DNA from: an uncultured Bacilli bacterium
GTDB lineage: Bacteria > Bacillota_I > Bacilli_A > RF39 > UBA660
Direction: 5' to 3'
Length of the DNA: 64,000 bases
NCBI GenBank assembly: GCA_944332675.1
Contig: CALVKJ010000002.1
Coordinates: forward strand, 18 to 64,017
The position numbers and the translations under genes are program-made. This document shows positions 34,898 through 44,099 of the stretch, one piece after another; position 1 is the stretch's first letter, and the number at the start of each line of letters is the position of its first letter. The notes below the pieces were generated by a model. It searched no databases. It had not been told where the DNA came from and worked only from the letters and a program-made list of their open reading frames with translations.

Positions 34898-35032
34898 TAT
34901 GGTTATTAATTATACCATATTTAAATATCTCAGCAAATAATTTCATTTATCAATTACAATATAATAAATACTTATAATATTTTATTACAAACTAAAAAGG
35001 ATTGCTATAAGTAACAATCCTTAACTATTATA

Positions 35033-36541
35033 TTATTTATCTTCGTAGATTCCTGTATATTCATATCCATCAAGAGTCTTTTGAGTACTCCATCTATATT
35101 CTGGAGATCTATGCATCCAAGTAGTTTCCTTTTTAGGATTACTAATGCTATATCCATCATATCGATCTTGATTATCTGCTGCATCTCTTACACAATCATC
35201 GTTATATGCAAATGATACATCAAATTTTAGTGGTACAAAATATACATCATAACCTAAATTACTAGCATAATATGGTGTAACGCCATTATGATTTTTATAA
35301 TTTATTGTAACAGTAACTCTATAAACACCACCAGATAAATATACACCACTTACATCAAAAGTAAAGTTATTGCTTTTTAATGATGAGTTTTTATAAGATG
35401 TTACATTACTAATTGCTACATTATATCTATCATTATTTCCTGTCATATATAGGTTTCCACGATTATTTAGATAAGCTCTATAATCAGTATAACCACTAGT
35501 TGAGAAATAAGATTTACTTGAATTTACTACTCCAATAGTAGCATCATTTATATCATCTGGATCTAAATCTAAGAATTGAATTTCATATTCATAGGTACTA
35601 TTTTTCTTTGTACTGTCAGTAACATATCCTGTTGTATAATAAGTTTTTTCAGTATCTTTACAATAATCATAAGTTGTAGTCGTTATCTTTTTATTTTCGT
35701 CATCAGGATCACTTGAATATCCTGTTTTCCAATCAGACCATTTAACAAATTTATACCATCTTGTAGTTTCTTCTGTTGGCTTGTTGTTATCATCATTATT
35801 ATCATTGTCATTATTATTGTTGTTATCATTATCTGGATTACAACTTGTATAACAACATCCTGTAGAACAAGATATTTTAATATTTACTGTAGTTTTAACA
35901 GTGGTAGTAACTTTAGAACTTGTTGAAGAACTTCCCCCAGTAGTAGTTGTACTTGATCCACTATTAGTATTACTATTATTGTTATTATTATTGTTATTAT
36001 TTGTATTACTACTTCCTGAATTATTATCATCATTAGTATCAGTTGGTGTATCATCAACTACAACATCTGTATTAGTTGTATTGTCGCAAGTTCCATTTGT
36101 ACAAGTAGTTTCTTCAATAGTAGTAACAATAAAGTCTGATTTATCACCACAATCCAAACTAACTTTTAAAGCATAATTGCCATCAGCTGTCTTTGTTGTT
36201 TGAACATAACTTGAATTGATATCACAAATATCACCATCTTCAGTAAAGTCGATCAGTAACTTTTGATTTAACATTTGTGATAGTGTCAATTTTTCAGTAC
36301 CACCGACATTTTCTGGTAACTTTGAAGGTGTAAAATATTCAAATGCTGCGTCCTTCATCGCTGTTATGTTGGTAATATATTCGGTATTACCCATTGCTAG
36401 GTTATTATTTGAACTACTGTTATTGCCAGTAAATCTTGTAACAATTAAGCAAACTACAAAAACTACAACTGCCAAGATTACTAACTTAATAGCTAGTCCT
36501 GCCCAATTAAAACTTAATTTTCTGTTTCCTTCTTCGTACAT
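35033..36541 (-). CDS. N-terminally anchored surface protein with poly-Asn/Asp/Thr tracts, function unknown
   Basis: TM anchor (LAIKLVILAVVVFVVCLIV), homopolymeric N runs (NNNNNNNNNSN, NNNNNDNDNNDDNN) and a Tyr/Thr-rich beta-like C-terminal domain. Confidence 0.6.
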   Translation of the reverse strand: MYEEGNRKLSFNWAGLAIKLVILAVVVFVVCLIVTRFTGNNSSSNNNLAMGNTEYITNITAMKDAAFEYFTPSKLPENVGGTEKLTLSQMLNQKLLIDFTEDGDICDINSSYVQTTKTADGNYALKVSLDCGDKSDFIVTTIEETTCTNGTCDNTTNTDVVVDDTPTDTNDDNNSGSSNTNNNNNNNNNSNTNSGSSTTTTGGSSSTSSKVTTTVKTTVNIKISCSTGCCYTSCNPDNDNNNNNDNDNNDDNNKPTEETTRWYKFVKWSDWKTGYSSDPDDENKKITTTTYDYCKDTEKTYYTTGYVTDSTKKNSTYEYEIQFLDLDPDDINDATIGVVNSSKSYFSTSGYTDYRAYLNNRGNLYMTGNNDRYNVAISNVTSYKNSSLKSNNFTFDVSGVYLSGGVYRVTVTINYKNHNGVTPYYASNLGYDVYFVPLKFDVSFAYNDDCVRDAADNQDRYDGYSISNPKKETTWMHRSPEYRWSTQKTLDGYEYTGIYEDK

Positions 36542-36823
36542 AATCGTACCCCCTTTAACTAAGAAAACTATATTCCTTTAAGTCGCTCCTATTTTACCAC
36601 ATTTTGCGAAAAATGTCAAACTTAACATACTTTTGAAACGCCCATTTTACGGGGATTTGTGTTAACATAAGAAACAATTATTAAAATATATTAGAAAAAA
36701 AATAAAAATATGATTGATTTCAAACTAAAGTTCGTGGTAAAATATTTCTGCTGATAATTATTTTTGAAAGTGTATTTTAATTATAAAATATGGTAGAATA
36801 TGTAATGCGAAAGAAGTGATATA

Positions 36824-39631
36824 ATGTCTAATGTAGATAAAATTGTTATTAAAGGAGCCCGTGAAAACAACTTAAAAAATATCGATATAGATATTCCTAA
36901 AAATAAACTTGTCGTTATGACTGGAGTTTCAGGCAGTGGTAAAAGTAGTCTTGCTTTCGATACCATTTATGCGGAAGGTCAAAGAAGATATGTAGAAAGT
37001 CTGTCGGCTTATGCTAGACAATTTATTGGTGTGAATGAAAAACCAGATGTCGATTCTATCGAAGGCTTAAGTCCATCTATTTCAATCGATCAAAAATCAA
37101 CTAATAAAAACCCTCGGTCTACAGTTGGAACTATCACCGAAATTTATGATTACCTTCGTCTTTTATTTGCACGTATCGGTGTTCCATATTGTCCAAATCA
37201 TCATATACCTATAACTAGTCAAAGTATTGAAGAAATGACTAACAAAGTTATGGAATATGATGGTAGTACAGTTACAATTTTGTCCCCGATTGTCCACGGC
37301 GAAAAAGGCACTCATAAAGATTTATTTGATGAGCTACGAAAAGAAGGATATTCCAAAGTCCGTGTTAATGGTAAGATTATGAGTTTAAACGAAGAAATAA
37401 CGCTCGAAAAAAACATCAAGGATAATATTGATATTGTTATGGATAAAGTTACTGTTGATGCCATAGAACGTGGACGTATTTTTGAAGCAATCGAAGAATC
37501 AACAAAGAAAGCTGATGGTAAAGTAATACTCCTTGTTAATGATGAAGAAATTTTAATGAGTGAAAAGTATGCTTGTGTCAAGTGTAATTATTCGATTCCT
37601 GAACTTGAACCTAGACTATTTTCTTTCAATGCCCCATATGGTGCTTGTGAAGAATGTAAAGGTTTAGGAACGAAACTAAAAATTAGTGAAGATTTATTAA
37701 TTCCTGATTGGAACAAATCGATTATGGACGGCGGAATTTCTGCGGTAAGTATGGATTCTTCAACCAATATAACTCAAATTGAAACAGTTTGTAATTACTA
37801 CGGCATTGATATGTATGCACCACTAAAAGATATACCAAGAGAAAAACTAGACTATGTATTATATGGTACTAATGAAACTATGGAATTTAATTATGTTTCT
37901 AAAAATGGTAATACCAGAAATGCTCGTGGTACTTATGAAGGAGTAATTCCTAATTTAGAACGTCGGTATTTAGAAACTAAAAGTGGATGGATTAGAGAAT
38001 GGCTTGATAGTTTTATGGTTGAAACTGAATGTCCTGTTTGTAAAGGAAAACGTCTTCAAAAGTCTGTTCTTTCAATTTATATAAATGATAAAAATATTTT
38101 TGATATGACTGATATGGCTATCGGTGATTTGCTTGAATTCTTAAAAAAACTTAAACTCACCAATGAACAAAAAGAAATAAGTGAATTGATACTTAAAGAA
38201 ATCATTTCTCGTTTAGAATTTTTAAATAATGTTGGTCTATCTTACCTTACATTAACTCGTAGTGCGGGAACTTTATCTGGTGGAGAAGCTCAACGTATTA
38301 GACTTGCAACCCAAATTGGATCTCGTCTTTCTGGTGTCTTGTATGTTTTAGATGAACCATCGATTGGCCTTCACCAAAAAGATAACGAAAAATTAATTAA
38401 TTCCTTAAAAGAAATGCGTGATTTAGGTAACTCTTTAATAGTTGTTGAACACGATACTGATACTATGCTTGCTGCTGATTACTTAATTGATATTGGCCCT
38501 GGCGCTGGTGAATATGGTGGGTGCGTTATGGCTGCAGGTACTCCTGAAGAAGTAATGCACAATCCAAACAGCTTAACTGGTAAATACTTAAGTGGGATAG
38601 AAAAAATTGAAGTTCCTAAAAAACGGCGTAAAGGTAATGGCTTAAAAATATCAATTAAAGGTGCTAAAGAAAACAATTTACGCAATATAAATGTTGATAT
38701 TCCTTTAAATAAATTAGTTGTTGTAACAGGTGTGTCAGGTTCCGGTAAATCATCTTTAATTAATGAAGTACTATATAAAACTTTAGCCAATAAACTATAC
38801 CGTAGTAAAGTAGTTCCTGGTAAACACAAAGAAATAATAGGCCTTGAAAATATCGATAAAGTAGTGCAAATTACTCAAGATGCTATCGGTAGAACTCCAA
38901 GAAGTAATCCCGCAACGTATGTCGGAGTATTTGATGATATTCGTGATATCTTTGCGCAAACTAAAGAAGCAAAAATGCGAGGATATGACAAAGGTAGATT
39001 CTCATTCAATGTTAAGGGCGGAAGATGTGAAAACTGCTGGGGTGATGGTGTTAAGAAAATTGAAATGCACTTTCTAGCAGATGTATATGTTCCATGTGAT
39101 GTATGTAAAGGTAAACGTTATAATAAAGAAACTCTTGAAATAAAATATAAGGGTAAAAACATTAGTGAAGTGCTTGATATGCGTGTTAGTGAAGCTATCG
39201 AATTTTTTGCGAACGTTCCTAAAATTTATAACAAACTTAAAGTTATGATGGATGTTGGTCTTTCATATATTAAATTAGGTCAACCAGCTCCAACACTATC
39301 TGGTGGTGAAGCAGGACGTGTCAAACTTGCTAAGGAATTACAAAAGAAAGCAACAAGTAAATCATTATTTATATTAGATGAACCAACTACTGGACTACAC
39401 ACTGATGACATCAAAAAATTACTTGCAATTTTAAATCGTATTGTTGATAATGGCGATACAGTAATAGTTATTGAACATAACTTAGATGTTATTAAAGTAG
39501 CTGATTATATTATCGACCTCGGTCCAGACGGAGGAAAAAATGGTGGAAAAGTTGTCGTAACAGGAACTCCTGAAGAAGTTGCTAAGTGTTCTAAGTCGTA
39601 TACTGGAGAATTTTTAAAGAAAATATTGTAA
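36824..39631 (+). CDS. uvrA: excinuclease ABC subunit A
   Basis: Duplicated ABC ATPase with GVSGSGKSSL twice, LSGGEAQR/LSGGEAGR signatures and zinc-finger Cys pairs. Confidence 0.97.
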   Translation: MSNVDKIVIKGARENNLKNIDIDIPKNKLVVMTGVSGSGKSSLAFDTIYAEGQRRYVESLSAYARQFIGVNEKPDVDSIEGLSPSISIDQKSTNKNPRSTVGTITEIYDYLRLLFARIGVPYCPNHHIPITSQSIEEMTNKVMEYDGSTVTILSPIVHGEKGTHKDLFDELRKEGYSKVRVNGKIMSLNEEITLEKNIKDNIDIVMDKVTVDAIERGRIFEAIEESTKKADGKVILLVNDEEILMSEKYACVKCNYSIPELEPRLFSFNAPYGACEECKGLGTKLKISEDLLIPDWNKSIMDGGISAVSMDSSTNITQIETVCNYYGIDMYAPLKDIPREKLDYVLYGTNETMEFNYVSKNGNTRNARGTYEGVIPNLERRYLETKSGWIREWLDSFMVETECPVCKGKRLQKSVLSIYINDKNIFDMTDMAIGDLLEFLKKLKLTNEQKEISELILKEIISRLEFLNNVGLSYLTLTRSAGTLSGGEAQRIRLATQIGSRLSGVLYVLDEPSIGLHQKDNEKLINSLKEMRDLGNSLIVVEHDTDTMLAADYLIDIGPGAGEYGGCVMAAGTPEEVMHNPNSLTGKYLSGIEKIEVPKKRRKGNGLKISIKGAKENNLRNINVDIPLNKLVVVTGVSGSGKSSLINEVLYKTLANKLYRSKVVPGKHKEIIGLENIDKVVQITQDAIGRTPRSNPATYVGVFDDIRDIFAQTKEAKMRGYDKGRFSFNVKGGRCENCWGDGVKKIEMHFLADVYVPCDVCKGKRYNKETLEIKYKGKNISEVLDMRVSEAIEFFANVPKIYNKLKVMMDVGLSYIKLGQPAPTLSGGEAGRVKLAKELQKKATSKSLFILDEPTTGLHTDDIKKLLAILNRIVDNGDTVIVIEHNLDVIKVADYIIDLGPDGGKNGGKVVVTGTPEEVAKCSKSYTGEFLKKIL

Positions 39632-39719
39632 CCATTTGTCTAATAAAGTTTTTTGATTGAAAAATACATAGATTTATTACTAGTTTATGATATAATAATT
39701 ACTATAAGGGTGTGATTAA

Positions 39720-40529
39720 ATGGATCGATATATTATTTCGATAGGTAGTGTTAATATTGAATGGTATTCAGTTTTGATTGTAGTTGGAGCAATACTGGCA
39801 ATTATCATGATTATCTTGGAAGCTAAAAGATATGGCTATCCTAAAGATTTTGTATTCAATCTATGTTTTTGGTCAATAATTGTTGGTATAATTGGAGCTA
39901 GACTATATTACGTATTATTTAATTTAGATTTATACACTAATTTTGTTGATGTATTTAAAATATGGGAAGGCGGTTTAGCCATTCATGGAGGTATAATTTT
40001 TGGGTTAATAACATGTTATTTATATTGTAAAAAATATAAAGTACGAACCATTAGAATGCTAGACTTTATTGCTCCTGCTATGCTTCTTGCTCAAGCTATA
40101 GGTAGATGGGGAAATTTCTTTAACCAAGAAGCTCACGGTGCTGTAACAAGTCTACAAACTTTACAAAATCTTCATATTCCCGAATTTATTATTGATGGCA
40201 TGAATATTGGGGGAGTATGTTATCAACCAACATTCCTTTATGAATCATTATGGTGCCTACTAGGAGTTATTATTATATTAATAGTTCGTCGTCTTAAAAT
40301 TACTAAAGTTGGTCAACCATTTGCATTATATTTAATGTGGTATGGTTTAGGTCGATTCTTTATTGAAACGATGCGTACAGATTCTTTGATGCTCGGAGGC
40401 TTTAAAGTAGCACAAATAGTATCAGTAATAATGATTGTGGTTGGTCTAATAATCATTATGATTACTGGACGTAAAGGCCGCTATGAAGATTTGTATGACC
40501 AAGATGAAAATGAAACTGTAAAATTTTAA
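39720..40529 (+). CDS. lgt: prolipoprotein diacylglyceryl transferase
   Basis: GARLYYV, IWEGGLAIHGG and GRWGNFFNQEAHG motifs. Confidence 0.92.
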   Translation: MDRYIISIGSVNIEWYSVLIVVGAILAIIMIILEAKRYGYPKDFVFNLCFWSIIVGIIGARLYYVLFNLDLYTNFVDVFKIWEGGLAIHGGIIFGLITCYLYCKKYKVRTIRMLDFIAPAMLLAQAIGRWGNFFNQEAHGAVTSLQTLQNLHIPEFIIDGMNIGGVCYQPTFLYESLWCLLGVIIILIVRRLKITKVGQPFALYLMWYGLGRFFIETMRTDSLMLGGFKVAQIVSVIMIVVGLIIIMITGRKGRYEDLYDQDENETVKF

Positions 40530-40542
40530 AGGGGGATATTTT

Positions 40543-41418
40543 ATGTATGATATTATTATCATCGGTATGGGAATTAGTGGTATAACTGCTGCAATATATG
40601 CTAAAAGAGCAGGAAAAAATATTTTGTTAATTGATAAATCTGCTCCCGGAGGCTTACTTAACAACATTGATACCATTACCAACTATCCCGGTTTACCTAA
40701 TATAAGTGGACCAGATTTTGCCCTTGCTTTATTAAATCAAATAAATGAATTAGAAATTCCCTATAAAATCGAAGAAGTAATTGACATCTCACTTTCTGGC
40801 AAAGAAAAAACAGTTAAAACTGTATCAAACACTTATAAAGCCCAAAAAATAATCTTGGCTTTAGGTAGGACTCCTAAATTTTTAGGTTTACCTAATGAAG
40901 CATCTCTTTTAGGCAAAGGAGTATCTACTTGTGCTTTATGTGATGCATTTTTCTATAAAAATAAGGATATTGCTGTAGTTGGTACTGGTAATAGTGCTTT
41001 ACAAGAAGCATTATATCTTGCTAATGTTGTTAATAAAATCTATCTTATCAACCGGCGTGATGGCTTCCGAGGAGATGCCTTATTAGTTGATAAAATAAAA
41101 AATAATCCAAAAATTGAAGTAATTTACAATAGTAATATTGAAAGTTTAAATGAATTAGATGGCAAACTAGCTTCTATTACTTTAGATAATGCTACTACTA
41201 TAAATGTATCGGGAGTATTTATCTATATTGGCTTTATACCCGCTACTAAAATAGTGGATCCTAAAATATTAGATGAAAACGGTTATATTAAGGTAAACAA
41301 AAAGCTAGAAACTCCTATCAAAGGGGTTTATGCTATCGGAGATTGCTTAAATAAAGATATTTATCAACTTGTAACTGCTGCCGCTGATGGAGCTAGAGTA
41401 ATAAATAATATTGAATAA
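40543..41418 (+). CDS. trxB: thioredoxin-disulfide reductase-like FAD/NAD(P) oxidoreductase
   Basis: GMGISGITAAIYA FAD motif, redox CALC in the position of CATC, VVGTGNSALQEA NADPH motif and GVYAIGDC. Shorter than typical TrxB. Confidence 0.7.
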   Translation: MYDIIIIGMGISGITAAIYAKRAGKNILLIDKSAPGGLLNNIDTITNYPGLPNISGPDFALALLNQINELEIPYKIEEVIDISLSGKEKTVKTVSNTYKAQKIILALGRTPKFLGLPNEASLLGKGVSTCALCDAFFYKNKDIAVVGTGNSALQEALYLANVVNKIYLINRRDGFRGDALLVDKIKNNPKIEVIYNSNIESLNELDGKLASITLDNATTINVSGVFIYIGFIPATKIVDPKILDENGYIKVNKKLETPIKGVYAIGDCLNKDIYQLVTAAADGARVINNIE

Positions 41419-41446
41419 TCTATATAAATTTGTTATATTATATATG

Positions 41447-41511
41447 TAAGTGTTACCCGTATGGAGTAACGCCTGCATAAATGCTAGAGCGCTATTTTCA
41501 GCGCTTTTTTT
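41447..41511 (+). ncRNA. candidate antisense RNA (or trxB-like 3' UTR) ending at a terminator
   Basis: Possible promoter TTGAAT-17-TATATT (~41411-41439) overlapping the end of the trxB-like gene. Terminator AGAGCGCT-loop-AGCGCTTT plus a T run at ~41486-41511. Fully complementary to the 3' part of the minus-strand transcript. Confidence 0.3.
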
Positions 41512-41578
41512 CATGGCTTCGATCAAGAATGATGAGAACCATAATTATTATTACTTGATAAAATAGATTATCGTTCAT
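41498..41578 (-). CDS. candidate type I toxin-like small hydrophobic peptide (26 aa)
   Basis: ATG..TGA encodes MNDNLFYQVIIIMVLIILDRSHEKKR (hydrophobic core, charged tail). GAGG lies just upstream. Embedded in a GC-rich, highly paired ~220-nt transcript. Too short to appear in the ORF track. Confidence 0.3.
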   Translation of the reverse strand: MNDNLFYQVIIIMVLIILDRSHEKKR

Positions 41579-41677
41579 AACCTCGCCTGGATTCACCCGA
41601 TCTCCCAAAAGTTTCCCCTTGAAAGTGAATTACTCACAAAGAAAAGCAGGCGCCTACCACACAGGTAACGGTTAATT

Positions 41678-41706
41678 ATTCTAAAGTTGATTTGTAAAAA
41701 TTGCAA
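41678..41706 (-). promoter_or_regulatory. promoter for the minus-strand structured transcript
   Basis: On the minus strand: TTGCAA-17 nt-TAGAAT. The predicted start at ~41670 coincides with the first nucleotide of the long-range helix. Confidence 0.45.
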
Positions 41707-41737
41707 GAAAAGTCGTACGACAAAATTCGACATCAAT

Positions 41738-41766
41738 TTGTCATTTTACTAAATTTATGATAAAAT
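41738..41766 (+). promoter_or_regulatory. promoter for ORF 41788
   Basis: TTGTCA-17 nt-TAAAAT. Confidence 0.45.
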
Positions 41767-41787
41767 ATAGCCCAAGGTGCAGGGGTT

Positions 41788-43488
41788 ATGAAGAAAAATA
41801 GTTTTTTAGAATTAATATGTAGTTTAATTGTTATAGTCTTAGTATTAATAGGATTTAAGACTTATGATGAATATATTGAAGCTAACAACAATACTTTAAC
41901 TTATCCATTATTAACATATAATACTGAAGTATCAAACTTTTCTTATATTAATCAAGTAATTTCTCAAAATAAAGTTTATCTTTTATATAATAGTGAAGAT
42001 TATTATTTATTAAAAGAAATAGATATAACTACTAATAAAGAAAACGTTTATTCAGCAATTATTAATAGTACCTGTAAATTACAAAATGAAAATTCTTACC
42101 CTTATATATATTGTTCAGATAATAATACTGTTGAAATCTATGATATTACATTTAATAAGCTAATTACACAAGATATAAGTAGTAATTATAATTATTCTAT
42201 TAATACGAATAATGCTAATATGAGTTTTAGTATTATTGATAATGATATTGCTTATAAATATATTGATGGTTATTATCAAAACAGAAGTAATGCTTTTGTA
42301 TCCCTTGATACTCCTTATATAAAAGATGCCTATTGCACGGATAACTGTTTACTAATTCGTTATAATGACTTAACTGAAATGCTTAGCTTATATCGCGAAA
42401 ATGAATTGTTAGAAACCAATATTGCAGCTTATCAACTTTATAGTAATGGAGTGCTTACTTATAATAATTCTAAGATCAAAATTTATGATGAAAACACCGA
42501 TGAATATAAAGAATTTAATAGTCCAATCGCTGATTTAATAAATACTACTTTTACCCTTGGGGCTAATGACTATTACCTTTATGTTTTAAATGACAATATA
42601 ATAAACGTCTATAATTTGTATAATTCTGCCAATTTTACAAATATCGACATCAGCAAAGTAAAATATGATGTTAATAACTTAACAGTTAATAACAATTATC
42701 TTTATTTATTTACTGATAGTATTTTATATGTCTATGACATTCGCGAAATTGAATTTGACAATTCGGCCTCTAGTTATGAAGACGAATTAATCAACAGTAA
42801 AATTGCTTATTATAATGACATATATAATGTAAATATAAATATTAATAGTGATCCTAGTAATTTAAGTAGTAATTATAATATTACACCAACTACTAATTAT
42901 AATGATATAATTGATGCTCTAGAAGATTTAGAACGTTATTTCCTAGTTTTTAATGCTGACTTTTTTCAAAGGTTTACAGGTTATGGTATGGATGGACTTG
43001 AAATATACTTAGTTGATGATATTACATCTACTACTAAAAATGAATTTGGTAATGCTGATGTAGTAGGGGTATTTGTTCGAAAAAATAATAAGTATAATAT
43101 AATATTAAAAGTAAATAGTGAAGAAAATATTAACACTATTGCTTTCCATGAAACTTTCCATGCTATCGAAGATTATTTAGCATCCTTTAATATTACTTTT
43201 GCTAATTGGGATAATCTAAATCCTGATAACTTTACATATTCCAATATTTATTATACTAATCAAATATTTACGGACACATTAAATAATAATAAATATAATA
43301 ATGGTATTTATTTTATTGATAACTATGCTCGTAGTAATGCTTTAGAAGACCGAGCTAGAACATTTGAATATATTTGCCAAGGTGAAGACTTTAGTGAATA
43401 TCCGCACCTTCAAGCTAAGGTTAAGTATATTAAACAAATAGTATTAGCAAATTTTCCAGAGTTATATAATTCTAGTTATTTTATATAA
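41788..43488 (+). CDS. membrane-anchored Asn/Tyr-rich protein with C-terminal HExxH (putative zinc metallopeptidase) domain
   Basis: N-terminal TM (LELICSLIVIVLVLIGF), a long N/Y-rich beta-like region, and IAFHETFHAIEDY (HExxH) with a downstream Glu/Asp-rich segment. Confidence 0.45.
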   Translation: MKKNSFLELICSLIVIVLVLIGFKTYDEYIEANNNTLTYPLLTYNTEVSNFSYINQVISQNKVYLLYNSEDYYLLKEIDITTNKENVYSAIINSTCKLQNENSYPYIYCSDNNTVEIYDITFNKLITQDISSNYNYSINTNNANMSFSIIDNDIAYKYIDGYYQNRSNAFVSLDTPYIKDAYCTDNCLLIRYNDLTEMLSLYRENELLETNIAAYQLYSNGVLTYNNSKIKIYDENTDEYKEFNSPIADLINTTFTLGANDYYLYVLNDNIINVYNLYNSANFTNIDISKVKYDVNNLTVNNNYLYLFTDSILYVYDIREIEFDNSASSYEDELINSKIAYYNDIYNVNININSDPSNLSSNYNITPTTNYNDIIDALEDLERYFLVFNADFFQRFTGYGMDGLEIYLVDDITSTTKNEFGNADVVGVFVRKNNKYNIILKVNSEENINTIAFHETFHAIEDYLASFNITFANWDNLNPDNFTYSNIYYTNQIFTDTLNNNKYNNGIYFIDNYARSNALEDRARTFEYICQGEDFSEYPHLQAKVKYIKQIVLANFPELYNSSYFI

Positions 43489-43517
43489 ATTAATTCATAA
43501 AATTTACTAGTGATATT

Positions 43518-43760
43518 ATGTTTAGAAGAAGACTATATGAAAGTGAAAACATGAAAATTTATCGTCGAGGATTTTTAGATGGTATAACTTTTACTACTGA
43601 ATTTTTAAAACATACTAATTATGAAGAAACGCTAACTTTTCTTCATAATACTTTGAATAATCTTGATAAATATTCTAAAAAATATCAAATGAACAAAAGA
43701 GATTTAAAGAAAAATACTGAAGTACTAATTCGCACACTTCAGTATTTTTATGATGAATAA
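43518..43760 (+). CDS. hypothetical small protein
   Basis: 80-aa ORF, no motif. The start is uncertain (alternative M12). Confidence 0.35.
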   Translation: MFRRRLYESENMKIYRRGFLDGITFTTEFLKHTNYEETLTFLHNTLNNLDKYSKKYQMNKRDLKKNTEVLIRTLQYFYDE

Positions 43761-43991
43761 CTATTTTATAATTGATTTGGGATAAGGTTTTCTTTCGTCT
43801 GTTTTTCCCAGTAAATAGTCGATAGATGTGTCATAAAAAATTGCTAATTCATATAAGTAATTAATTGGTATTAGTCGCTTACCTATTTCGTATTCGCTAT
43901 ATTGCTGTTGCTTTATACCTAAAACACTAGCAACTTCACTTTGTTTTAAGTCTTTATCTTCTCTTATTTCCCTTAATCTTTGTATGTTCAA
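43761..43991 (-). CDS. XRE-family helix-turn-helix transcriptional regulator
   Basis: LREIREDKDLKQSEVASVLGIKQQQYSEYEIGKR is a typical Cro/C1 HTH. Divergent from the FN3 surface protein gene. Confidence 0.85.
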   Translation of the reverse strand: MNIQRLREIREDKDLKQSEVASVLGIKQQQYSEYEIGKRLIPINYLYELAIFYDTSIDYLLGKTDERKPYPKSIIK

Positions 43992-44029
43992 AATGTATCA
44001 CCTAATATAATTGTTACAAACAAAACAAT

Positions 44030-44065
44030 TTTTGTATTGATTATACAAAACATCTTTTGTATAAT
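44030..44065 (+). promoter_or_regulatory. promoter with overlapping palindromic operator candidate
   Basis: TTGATT-17 nt-TATAAT. The inverted repeat TTTTGTAT-5 nt-ATACAAAA spans the -35, and a third TTTTGTAT half-site overlaps the -10. Confidence 0.45.
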
Positions 44066-44099
44066 TGAAATATATTATAGAGTATATGGAGGAAATATA

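Noticed and set aside
41450-41672. SRP RNA, 6S RNA, RNase P, tmRNA or T-box identity for the GC-rich structured region
   Set aside because: - There is no GGAA tetraloop/AGCAGC helix-8 motif.
- There is no RNase P CR-I/CR-V motif.
- There is no tRNA-like end.
- The T-box-like GTGGTAGGCGCC lies at the 5' end with no downstream gene on that strand.
- A small ORF with antisense overlap explains the features better.
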